Source: an uncultured virus (IMG/VR IMGVR_UViG_3300011834_000039)
Taxonomy: Duplodnaviria > Heunggongvirae > Uroviricota > Caudoviricetes
Direction: 5' to 3' (one strand)
Length of the DNA: 20,000 bases
Virus record (IMG/VR): IMGVR_UViG_3300011834_000039
Shown here in pieces: positions 7,748 through 14,931 of the stretch (position 1 is its first letter; each line of letters opens with the position of its first letter). The position numbers and the translations under genes are program-made. The notes under the pieces are model-generated. The model did not search any database and had not been told where the DNA came from. It saw only the letters and a program-made list of their open reading frames with translations.

Positions 7748-8906
7748 TTTCACCCAATCCCCTCAGTGCGATTTCGAAACCGTTCAAACCCTCCGGCCCA
7801 CCAGCCGGGAAATATGCCCACTCGGCGTTTCCGGGATCCGGGAACCATGGCCAACCCTGCTGGCTGTGAAAATCGGCCCACGCCTTCCATTCGTCGCCGC
7901 CAACGCGAACCTGCACGAGCAAATCCTTAATCGCCTGCAGGCGAGCTGGAACAAGCGCACCGCGCCCACCGGCTGCGCGCTCGAAAAGCTCATTCACTGC
8001 TGGAAAGCCCTGCTTGGCCTGCTTGTCGTGCAGCAGATATTCCTCGGAATAGCGCCCACTCTCCACCAAGCCACGTTCGATCTGGGTCAGGCCAACAACA
8101 CGGGTGGGGCCGTTCAGCAAAAGCTCATAGACCCTTGCACCCCACATCTTGCCCAAAGGCGCTGCCTGCGCAGATCCGGTCTGCTCTACCGTCGCCTTGG
8201 CTGGCAGCTTCTCCCAGCGTCTTTCGCGAAGATAAACCGCATAGGAGCAAACCAGCTTCCGGCCCGTCGCCTTTGCAGCCTCGACGTAGCGCGCAGCCTC
8301 GTCGACTGCGGCTTGACGTTCCTCTGGCGTCAGAGACAGCCAGACGCGGAAAGCCTCAGGCTCGCTATCGGAAATCGCCGTAGGCCAACCATGGAAACCA
8401 CGCTTGAACGAACGCTCGACAGATTTCCGGCTTTCCCTTCCATCGTCCTCATTCTCGCGCGCTCTCTCACCTAATGGTTTATCTAATGGTTCTATTACGG
8501 TTTGGGTGACACCGTGACACCCGTCGGCGTCGTCAATGTCACCCGTCGGTGCTTCCGTTGTCACGGGTGACACCGTGACACCCGTGACACCATGACACCC
8601 GTCGACAGCAGGTTTTCCCGCCTGCAAATTGTCCAATGCCCGCATATCGAAATCGTACCGCGTGGCCTGCCCCGGTCGCCCGCCGCCCTCGGCCACGACG
8701 ATCAGCAACCCTTCATCGACGAAGTCGCGCAGAAGACGCTGCACCGTGCGCTCGGATAGCTCCGTTTCAAGCGCAAGCCGTCCAACTGTAGGCCAGATCC
8801 CGCGCCCGTCATCGTCCGCGAAATCTGCCAGACGGATCGCGAGCATCTTGCGGCTGGGAGATCCAAGTTGCGCCTTGAACAGGCGCGACATGACAGCGAT
8901 GCTCAT
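7734..8906 (-). CDS. Phage replication initiator (lambda O-like, N-terminal HTH)
   Basis: KMLAIRLADFADDDGRGIWPTVGRLALETELSERTVQRLL HTH typical of phage initiators; internal iteron repeats. Confidence 0.8.
   Translation of the reverse strand: MSIAVMSRLFKAQLGSPSRKMLAIRLADFADDDGRGIWPTVGRLALETELSERTVQRLLRDFVDEGLLIVVAEGGGRPGQATRYDFDMRALDNLQAGKPAVDGCHGVTGVTVSPVTTEAPTGDIDDADGCHGVTQTVIEPLDKPLGERARENEDDGRESRKSVERSFKRGFHGWPTAISDSEPEAFRVWLSLTPEERQAAVDEAARYVEAAKATGRKLVCSYAVYLRERRWEKLPAKATVEQTGSAQAAPLGKMWGARVYELLLNGPTRVVGLTQIERGLVESGRYSEEYLLHDKQAKQGFPAVNELFERAAGGRGALVPARLQAIKDLLVQVRVGGDEWKAWADFHSQQGWPWFPDPGNAEWAYFPAGGPEGLNGFEIALRGLGENDGN
8471..8603. repeat. Iteron cluster, probable replication origin inside the initiator gene
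   Basis: 21-bp GGGTGACACCGTGACACCCGT at 8504-8524 and 8565-8585, further TGACACC units to about 8600, and an adjacent AT-richer CTAATGGTT repeated twice (8471, 8483). Confidence 0.78.
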
Positions 8907-9562
8907 TGTGCTGCCTCCAGATACTCAGCGGCAGGCAAACGCCCCCACTGGTCAGCCATAGCGGCTGCAATGCCTGTGAAAAACCGGCTGCGCTCGCGCC
9001 AACGGTCAGGACCTGGCGCCATACGATGCACGCGCGCCTCCCTGCCCTCGACGATGTCGGTCGCTGTCAACGGCGGAAGGTTACGCAGCCAGAAGCAGGT
9101 GCGCTTGACCTCACCATGGCCAAATTGCCAAGGATGGACGCTTTGGGCAGGCGGCGCATAGTTTGTGATGCGCGATTTTGCATGCTTGTGCATGACAGGA
9201 TTTTCGACGCAAACGCGGTGAATGGGAGCGTTCCAGAACGTTGAAAACAGCTCTGCCGCCTCATCCAGCTCGCGCCAGATCTGCTCGACCGTCTTGCCAC
9301 GCGGGGGCACCGTCAGCCAGCGAACGCCGGAATTGCAAAGCCGCGTGCATGGAGGATGCGCAACAATCAACAGATCCCAGCCATCATGGAGCAGATCCCG
9401 CGCATCACCGACAATATGCCGGTTTGTCCTGTCCTCAGCAGGTAGAAGATCGCACGACCATGCATCATGTCCCGCGTCGAGGAACGCATTGCGTACGGTG
9501 CCGGAAAACTCACAAGCCACGAGAACGCGCAACGGTTTTATCGTGCCAGAATTTGTCGTCAT
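8903..9562 (-). CDS. Short DNA cytosine-5 methyltransferase-like protein
   Basis: RVLVACEFSG (motif I-like), HPPCT (catalytic PC) and VENP (motif VI). Probable start MTTNSG at 9562 by TAATG coupling. Confidence 0.75.
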   Translation of the reverse strand: MTTNSGTIKPLRVLVACEFSGTVRNAFLDAGHDAWSCDLLPAEDRTNRHIVGDARDLLHDGWDLLIVAHPPCTRLCNSGVRWLTVPPRGKTVEQIWRELDEAAELFSTFWNAPIHRVCVENPVMHKHAKSRITNYAPPAQSVHPWQFGHGEVKRTCFWLRNLPPLTATDIVEGREARVHRMAPGPDRWRERSRFFTGIAAAMADQWGRLPAAEYLEAAQ

Positions 9563-10074
9563 TACCCCACCCTCAGCCACGCCTCAAAATCGGCGCGCAA
9601 ATCGCCCCACCGATCTGCTGCAGCGGCATCGCTATTCAGTTCTTTTCTTGATTTGATCCGCAGGACGGCGCGCAATGCATCTGCGGCAGCATCTGCCGTC
9701 AGAGGCCCCTCAGCGCCGTGCCGTTCTTCCAGATAGATCCGGAAGGAAGCCTGATCGCATTTCATGGCAGCTTCCGCCGCGAAGTCCTTCGAAACACGCT
9801 GCTTTTGCTGGATCGGCGCGGACTTACGTGATGCCGCAATTGCGCGGTCGACAAGCCCCAGCAAAAACCCGACCATATCCGGCGCGTTGACCAGAAAATC
9901 GATTTCATCCGGCGTTGCTACGGGATGAAAACCCGCAATTTCGATCAACTCGCCATTACGAGTTTTAGCTTCGACAAACGTCCTGTTGTCGACACAGCAA
10001 AGCTGCCAGCGGGCACCATCAAGCGCTCTAAACCGGTCCCGAATTTTTCGGAGTTCTACAGCCTCTGCACTCAT
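9562..10074 (-). CDS. Hypothetical phage protein
   Basis: Start MSAEAV at 10074 (ATGA overlap with the upstream gene); coupled at both ends. Confidence 0.75.
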   Translation of the reverse strand: MSAEAVELRKIRDRFRALDGARWQLCCVDNRTFVEAKTRNGELIEIAGFHPVATPDEIDFLVNAPDMVGFLLGLVDRAIAASRKSAPIQQKQRVSKDFAAEAAMKCDQASFRIYLEERHGAEGPLTADAAADALRAVLRIKSRKELNSDAAAADRWGDLRADFEAWLRVG

Positions 10075-10352
10075 GGCGTCGCCTGACCCGCGATGAGCAG
10101 CAACTGCCCCTCGGCATGCTTGAGCGCTGCACCTTTCAGGCTTCCCCTGTGGCGCGTCTGATGCATGGCAGCATAGAAACAAGCGAGATATTCGGCCCCT
10201 GCCGAGAAGCCGTGCCGTTCACACGAACTTTCCAGAACCGATCTGTATTTCAACATGATGGCTATCGGGCAGAGCAAAAGGATCTCAGCGCGCTCGGCGT
10301 CTGTGCCAGCATCGTGCATTGCGCGCAGAATGGGTAGCATCGTGTCACTCAT
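10071..10352 (-). CDS. Hypothetical phage protein
   Basis: 93 aa with ATGA overlaps on both sides. Confidence 0.75.
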   Translation of the reverse strand: MSDTMLPILRAMHDAGTDAERAEILLLCPIAIMLKYRSVLESSCERHGFSAGAEYLACFYAAMHQTRHRGSLKGAALKHAEGQLLLIAGQATP

Positions 10353-11035
10353 GCTGCCTCGCCCAACGGTACAATGATTGCTGGATCAGCTTCGATGCAA
10401 GCACGAGCGCGCAAAGTCCAGCAAATGCCGCGCGTTAAATCTCTCCCATTGGCAAGCCATCGCAAGGCATTAATCATGCTCGCGTTTGTGGGGCGCTTTC
10501 CGACCGGAATGGCCAACAAATTGCACAGATCGCGCAATTCCTCGTGCCAGAGAATTTGAAGCGCGGTGTCAGGCAGTGGAGCAAAATGCGCTTGCTGAGG
10601 GGTTTTCCATTTATCAAGCCAGTCATAGCCCCTGTTCATAGCCCGCGATTTTTGCGGGTAGCACCAAATATTGCTGGCATGTTTATAATGTTCTGGCCAA
10701 TCGTACCGAAAATATGCGCCGTCCCGCTCGAAATGGGCTGCATGCATATTGGTCGGATATTCAACGAGGAATTTCTCGTGCAACACGGCGAGCGCATGAT
10801 GCGAGACGCGCTGCATAGCGTTCATCTGGCTATCGAGCCGATCAAGCTTGTCTTTGGCCGACTTGATTTCAACCGCGATGATTTCAGCACGGTCTACTGC
10901 CATCACATCAATGCGGTTTCCGCCAAAAGAGGCATTAATTTCGTGGATGATGCGCGCGTCTGGTCGATGCTGGCGCAAAAAGGCCACAACAGCGTCACGA
11001 ATTTCACCCTCTGCAGAGGATCGATAAGCGGGCAT
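10349..11035 (-). CDS. PD-(D/E)xK nuclease-fold protein (MmcB/Sce7726-like)
   Basis: IIHEI...RIDVMAV...IIAVEIKSAKDKLDRLDSQ restriction-endonuclease-like motif. Confidence 0.7.
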   Translation of the reverse strand: MPAYRSSAEGEIRDAVVAFLRQHRPDARIIHEINASFGGNRIDVMAVDRAEIIAVEIKSAKDKLDRLDSQMNAMQRVSHHALAVLHEKFLVEYPTNMHAAHFERDGAYFRYDWPEHYKHASNIWCYPQKSRAMNRGYDWLDKWKTPQQAHFAPLPDTALQILWHEELRDLCNLLAIPVGKRPTNASMINALRWLANGRDLTRGICWTLRARACIEADPAIIVPLGEAA

Positions 11036-12342
11036 TATTCAGCCCTCCCATCGACTTCATATCCCCATACATCCCAGCCGGGGCGCTTGCGGCGCGCGTT
11101 CAATTCCAGCTTTGGGAGATCCGGATAAAATTTCTCGATCTGCTCGGCGAAATACTCCGGCTTGGCGGAGTGTTCGCCCTTCTTTTCGACATAGACCGTC
11201 GGCGGCAGCATTTCCGGCAACGGACACGCGACCTCGCCGCGCCGTCCGATCAGCAGTAGTTCATGCCGGTCCCTGCCCCAATAGCCGGTGCCGATATCGA
11301 CCTTGTCCCAAACCCAGTGATGCACATAGGTGAAGCCGCAAGCCTGCATAACCCGAAGCGAATCCAGCAACATCGGATTTGTAGCCCAAAGGAACAGTAC
11401 AGCAGGATGACTACCACCGATCAGCTCCACCATCTGGGCGACAATTTCGTCGGTGGTCATCGTCGGATAGTGATTCTCGGCACTCTTTTCGCGCCCTGTC
11501 ACTTCCGAATGAACCTGAAATTTCCATGCCGGATCTGCATAATACACCGGATAGAGCCGATCCAGCTTTGCCGGTGCCGTCGCCTTACCGCGCTCGGCGG
11601 TCAGTGCCATTTCCGTAAGTCTGACAGCGTGGCGCACCTTCTGTTGCTGGGCGCGAATGCTCTTGTTCTCGACTTTGATGCGCTTTTCTTCCGCCAGCGC
11701 ACCCTCGACCCACGCAATTTGCGCAACATCCGACGGCAGAGCCTTGAGGCGATCCAGCGTAACTCCATTATCGAGCCGGGTGCCCCGCAGCTTGTCGAGC
11801 GCCGCCTTGCAGATCTTCTCGCCGCGCTCGGCATCACGTCGAATGCTTCGTTCCGGCTTTCCCGTCAGCTCTGCTGTGGCGGCTACAAAGCTCTTGCGTT
11901 CCGACCGGTCGACCAAGTGGCCAACTTGGCCGCTTGATTTGCGGTCGCCACCGTGTCCCGTTTCCGGGTATTTCAGGAGGTAAAGTTCCTTGCGCCGGAA
12001 AACAAACATGGCGCGATCAGCTGGCGTCAGTTCGGCACGGGCAAGATTCTCGTCGATCTCCCAAAGCTCGGCATCGAGCGCGCTTTCTTTTCGCACAAAT
12101 GCCGAGATTTCCTCCCAGCCTATGGCAAGCGCAGCAGCCACCCGGTGGGCACCCGCCGACAAAATGTAAGGCGATGCGCCCTTGCGTTTGCTGTCGTTTG
12201 CCCGGACCGTGATCGGCGTCCGCAAACCCAGCTCAGCGAAGGAGGGCTTCAACGCCTCAACCTTCGCCGGATCCACATCGCGCAGGCGCTTGCCCGTATC
12301 GATATCGGCTATCCGGATCATTTCAGGTAATAGCGCGTCCAT
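11035..12342 (-). CDS. ParB/Srx N-terminal domain fused to an MT-A70 family N6-adenine methyltransferase
   Basis: GLRTPITV...LSAGAHRVAA...WEIDENLARAELTP (ParB-like) and YYADPAW, HYPTM, LFLWAT, GTGYWGR, HSAKP, GWDVWG (MT-A70). Probable start MDALLP at 12342. Confidence 0.9.
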   Translation of the reverse strand: MDALLPEMIRIADIDTGKRLRDVDPAKVEALKPSFAELGLRTPITVRANDSKRKGASPYILSAGAHRVAAALAIGWEEISAFVRKESALDAELWEIDENLARAELTPADRAMFVFRRKELYLLKYPETGHGGDRKSSGQVGHLVDRSERKSFVAATAELTGKPERSIRRDAERGEKICKAALDKLRGTRLDNGVTLDRLKALPSDVAQIAWVEGALAEEKRIKVENKSIRAQQQKVRHAVRLTEMALTAERGKATAPAKLDRLYPVYYADPAWKFQVHSEVTGREKSAENHYPTMTTDEIVAQMVELIGGSHPAVLFLWATNPMLLDSLRVMQACGFTYVHHWVWDKVDIGTGYWGRDRHELLLIGRRGEVACPLPEMLPPTVYVEKKGEHSAKPEYFAEQIEKFYPDLPKLELNARRKRPGWDVWGYEVDGRAE

Positions 12343-12343
12343 G

Positions 12344-12457
12344 TCACCGCCCCGCAAGAAACAGAAAGAAGATGAGAAAAGCCGCGACTGGTGACTCAGC
12401 AACCAACGCGGCACAAACGATCAGCGCGACCTCGCGCGGCTGGAAACGAGCGGTCAT
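12344..12457 (-). CDS. Small hydrophobic protein (37 aa, not in the ORF track)
   Basis: MTARFQPREVALIVCAALVAESPVAAFLIFFLFLAGR*; ATGA overlap with the upstream gene and fills the gap before the ParB/MT-A70 gene. Confidence 0.55.
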   Translation of the reverse strand: MTARFQPREVALIVCAALVAESPVAAFLIFFLFLAGR

Positions 12458-12720
12458 GGACCGATCCGCCGAAGCGGCTCCCTGCCATGCATCTTGCGAA
12501 AATCGTCGCGCAGCTCGGCCAGCTTTTCCCAGCCGGTGACCTGCCAGCGTCCATCAAACCGCTTGATGGCAAAGCGATTGCCCTTGCGCCGAACCTCGAC
12601 GCCAAACCCAAGCAGTTCATATTGCGTGGCATCAAAACTGGATCTGGCACCGGATTCGAAGCGACGAGGCCCGCCATTTGCAGCCAACCATTGCTCTACG
12701 AGTGAGGAAACAGCGGTCAT
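12454..12720 (-). CDS. Hypothetical phage protein
   Basis: 88 aa (VEQWLAANGGPRRFE...), ATGA-coupled to the CII-like gene. Confidence 0.75.
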   Translation of the reverse strand: MTAVSSLVEQWLAANGGPRRFESGARSSFDATQYELLGFGVEVRRKGNRFAIKRFDGRWQVTGWEKLAELRDDFRKMHGREPLRRIGP

Positions 12721-13193
12721 TTTCCTGCCTCCAGACGCAGCAATACGTCCTCCAGCGCTCGGATCGCCTCGCGTACTTCCTTGGTGATTTCCCGCTTTTC
12801 ACCCGCGTCAATGCGTCCATCTTCCAGCGCCGTAACGATGGATTTCGAAACGTCCATCGTCTCGGACATGACGCGGTGTGCATCCATTTCCGTGAGGGGC
12901 ACATTGTCGGGGGCTTTCATAGCCCCGGATGTTGCCGGGACAAGTTCATATCCGAGCAATCCGGCTGCGGCCTTTATGATCGTCGGTGTTTTCGCACGCC
13001 GGTCGACCTCGACCGCGACATCAATCGGCATGAAGCTGTCGGCATGTTCTTCGCCAAACGATGCGTACTTGGAAAGCGTCGACACGCCGACACGGGTAAA
13101 GGGCACGATGCAGGAAATGCCGCCCGACAGCATGTATGCGCCATCGGTAGCAGACTTGAGGGAACGCTGTTCTTGCTCGGAAATTGTGCGCAC
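12717..13193 (-). CDS. Phage regulatory protein, CII-like
   Basis: GTG start after AGGGG SD; RVGVSTLSKYAS HTH and ALEDGRIDAGE motif; position downstream of cro. Confidence 0.7.
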   Translation of the reverse strand: MRTISEQEQRSLKSATDGAYMLSGGISCIVPFTRVGVSTLSKYASFGEEHADSFMPIDVAVEVDRRAKTPTIIKAAAGLLGYELVPATSGAMKAPDNVPLTEMDAHRVMSETMDVSKSIVTALEDGRIDAGEKREITKEVREAIRALEDVLLRLEAGK

Positions 13194-13326
13194 GGAAACA
13201 CCCCTGAAAATTTCAAGGAAAAAAGTTCGTCAAAGGATTCGATGAAGTTGGTCAGCCCAGCCGGTACGACTGAGAAATCAGATTAACCAGGTGGCCCACA
13301 GGCTGAGGAAACGACCGATGAAGTCA

Positions 13327-13866
13327 TTACACCGCACTCCCCAGAACAGAGGATGCCGGGGCGCGTCCGGCGTCGTCCTTACGGCGCGCCCCGACATTTA
13401 CGCCCGATGGGAGGATATCAGGCGATTTCGAAACATCGGGGAGCACAGCAGAAGTATGAAATGCTGCACCCCCCTCACCGCCCGAGCCGGAGAAGTCGGG
13501 CGATTGGAAACTGGTTGCAGGAGCGGGATTCGAACCCGCGACCTGTTGGGTATGAACCAACTGAGCTACCGCTGCTCTATCCTGCGACAAAGAAGCTGGA
13601 GCGTCCGAGGGCGGCAGGGACGCTCCAGCATCGCCCGCAGAGGAACATGCGGGCGATACGAGAGGCGGACCAAAAACATCAGGGCGTAAAAGGTGACGGG
13701 AGATACCCGTCAGGCGCTCTACTTCCAATACGCGCTCCGGCGGCACGACAAACCACTGGTTTACCGCTTGAGGTGTAATGCGAAGCGCACGTGCCAATGA
13801 GCTGGCACCTTCTGCCCGTTCTTTAGCGGCCTCTAGGGCCTGATGCATTTCGTTTTTGTCAGCCAT
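13327..13866 (-). CDS. Cro/YdaS-like HTH regulator with a long low-complexity C-terminal extension
   Basis: GASSLARALRITPQAVNQW..VPPERVLEVERLTGISRHLLRPDVFG is a Cro/YdaS-type domain divergent from cI. Probable start ATG 13866; no in-frame stop until 13327. Confidence 0.85.
   Translation of the reverse strand: MADKNEMHQALEAAKERAEGASSLARALRITPQAVNQWFVVPPERVLEVERLTGISRHLLRPDVFGPPLVSPACSSAGDAGASLPPSDAPASLSQDRAAVAQLVHTQQVAGSNPAPATSFQSPDFSGSGGEGGAAFHTSAVLPDVSKSPDILPSGVNVGARRKDDAGRAPASSVLGSAV
13512..13586 (-). tRNA. tRNA-Met(CAU), initiator-like, with encoded CCA
   Basis: CGCAGGA TA GAGC AGCGGTA GCTC A GTTGG TTCATAC CCAAC AGGTC GCGGG TTCGAAT CCCGC TCCTGCA ACCA: complete 75-nt cloverleaf with C1:A72 mismatch and A11:U24. 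Confidence 0.95.
13587..13629 (-). terminator. Terminator-like hairpin (tR1-like position) just 5' of the tRNA
   Basis: Perfect 12-bp stem GCTGGAGCGTCC/GGACGCTCCAGC followed by TTCTTTGT on the minus strand. Confidence 0.5.
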
Positions 13867-13913
13867 GCTGATTTTTAAAGCATAGCTTTCATTGCAATGC
13901 AAGGAATTCTTAA
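13867..13913 (-). promoter_or_regulatory. PR-like promoter with two operator sites
   Basis: CTTGCA-N17-CTTTAA (rhizobial sigma70 consensus CTTGAC-N17-CTATAT); palindrome AAAGC-ATA-GCTTT at 13877-13889 and a degenerate copy at 13900-13912. Confidence 0.72.
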
Positions 13914-14645
13914 ATGGACGAAATTATCCACATTGAGTCACATCCCAATATGGATGAGACACAACTCGCTCTGAAAATCGGAACGGCTTTGCGGACTGCT
14001 AGAAAGCAGCGCGGCCTTGTCATGCGCGACATCGCACAGGCTGCGGGCGTGAGCACAGGTGCCGTGGGCAACTGGGAACGCGGCGCAAATGTCATGTCGA
14101 TGGAAAACTTGCAGGCCGTGGCGAGCTATCTTGAGATTGACCCCATCGCACTTAGCAAAGGCGATGTGAAATTCTTATCCGAGACGCAGCCGGTCTCGGA
14201 TGCTGAAATAATCTCGGATGCTGGCCACATTGACACCGGCCCACTTGATGTAGAGATCCTTGGCGTTGCAGTCGGCGGCGACGACGGTGACTTCACTCTT
14301 AATGGAGAAGTCTCTGGATACGCACGTCGCCCAGCAGGGATCGCGCACCTTAGAAAAGTATTTGCACTTCATGTTCTTAGCGACAGCATGGTTCCCCGGT
14401 ATGAACCCGGAGAACTGCTATATTGCGGCGGACGTGACGCCGTTTCTGGAGACGATGTAGTCATCGAAATGTTTCCAGAGCAAGGCGAAACCGTCGGCAA
14501 AGCATACATCAAAAGACTAGTGAAACGCTCGAAAACCGAAATTGTCTGCAAGCAGTACAACCCTGCAAAAGAACTTATCTTCGATCCATACGCCATCAAG
14601 AATATGTGGCGCGTGATACCTACGCGCGAGCTTCTCGGCTATTGA
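13914..14645 (+). CDS. cI: CI-like repressor (XRE HTH plus S24 peptidase domain)
   Basis: LRTARKQRGLVMRDIAQAAGVSTGAVGNWERG HTH; SDSMVPRY (catalytic Ser) and YIKRL (catalytic Lys). Alternative start at 13950. Confidence 0.93.
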   Translation: MDEIIHIESHPNMDETQLALKIGTALRTARKQRGLVMRDIAQAAGVSTGAVGNWERGANVMSMENLQAVASYLEIDPIALSKGDVKFLSETQPVSDAEIISDAGHIDTGPLDVEILGVAVGGDDGDFTLNGEVSGYARRPAGIAHLRKVFALHVLSDSMVPRYEPGELLYCGGRDAVSGDDVVIEMFPEQGETVGKAYIKRLVKRSKTEIVCKQYNPAKELIFDPYAIKNMWRVIPTRELLGY

Positions 14646-14901
14646 TTGCATAAGCTTCTGCATAAATTCGAGCAGTTGAACTGACGTACGTTGGGTTCAG
14701 GCTAATGTTGCGCCCTGGCAACCCTTCATCCCGGCAACCAGCACAAAATAACTTTAGTCCCAACTGACGAATCGTCGTTTTGGGACCTATGCCAACACGA
14801 TACAAATCGTGAGGCTTACGCCATCTGATACGCCCGCAATCTGCACACTCGATCTCAATTACCGACGTAGATCCTACGGTTGGCTCCTGCACACAAGACA
14901 T
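14620..14901 (-). CDS. Small Zn-finger-like protein (CADC...CAGC), convergent with cI
   Basis: Two CxxC pairs; ATG at 14901 (alternative GTG at 14913); preceded by a LexA box. Confidence 0.72.
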   Translation of the reverse strand: MSCVQEPTVGSTSVIEIECADCGRIRWRKPHDLYRVGIGPKTTIRQLGLKLFCAGCRDEGLPGRNISLNPTYVSSTARIYAEAYAINSREARA

Positions 14902-14916
14902 TCCACAAACCACCCT

Positions 14917-14931
14917 GTTCTAATTTTGTTC
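14917..14931. promoter_or_regulatory. Alphaproteobacterial LexA (SOS) box
   Basis: Exact GTTC-TAATTTT-GTTC (GTTC-N7-GTTC) in intergenic DNA, 15 bp upstream of the Zn-finger ATG. Confidence 0.75.

Larger units (their letters stand above)
13399..13657 (-). repeat. Three related 28-nt hairpins (13399-13426, 13477-13504, 13630-13657)
   Basis: Minus strand ATCGCCCGCA-TGTTCCTC-TGCGGGCGAT, ATCGCCCGA-CTTCTCCGGC-TCGGGCGGT and ATCGCCTGAT-ATCCTCCC-ATCGGGCGTA. Confidence 0.7.

Noticed and set aside
7446..8474. 342-aa plus-strand ORF
   Set aside because: Antisense to the well-supported NusG-family and initiator genes.
8903..12342. Classical restriction-modification system
   Set aside because: The genes sit in the CI-repressed lytic operon, are separated by unrelated ORFs, and the nuclease looks MmcB/Sce7726-like rather than a cognate REase.
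13512..13586. tRNA as the prophage attachment site
   Set aside because: It lies mid-prophage between cro and cII, with no integrase or duplicated 3' end nearby.
13399..13657. CRISPR mini-array
   Set aside because: Repeats are divergent, spacers are unequal (50 and 125 nt) and themselves structured, and no cas genes are present.
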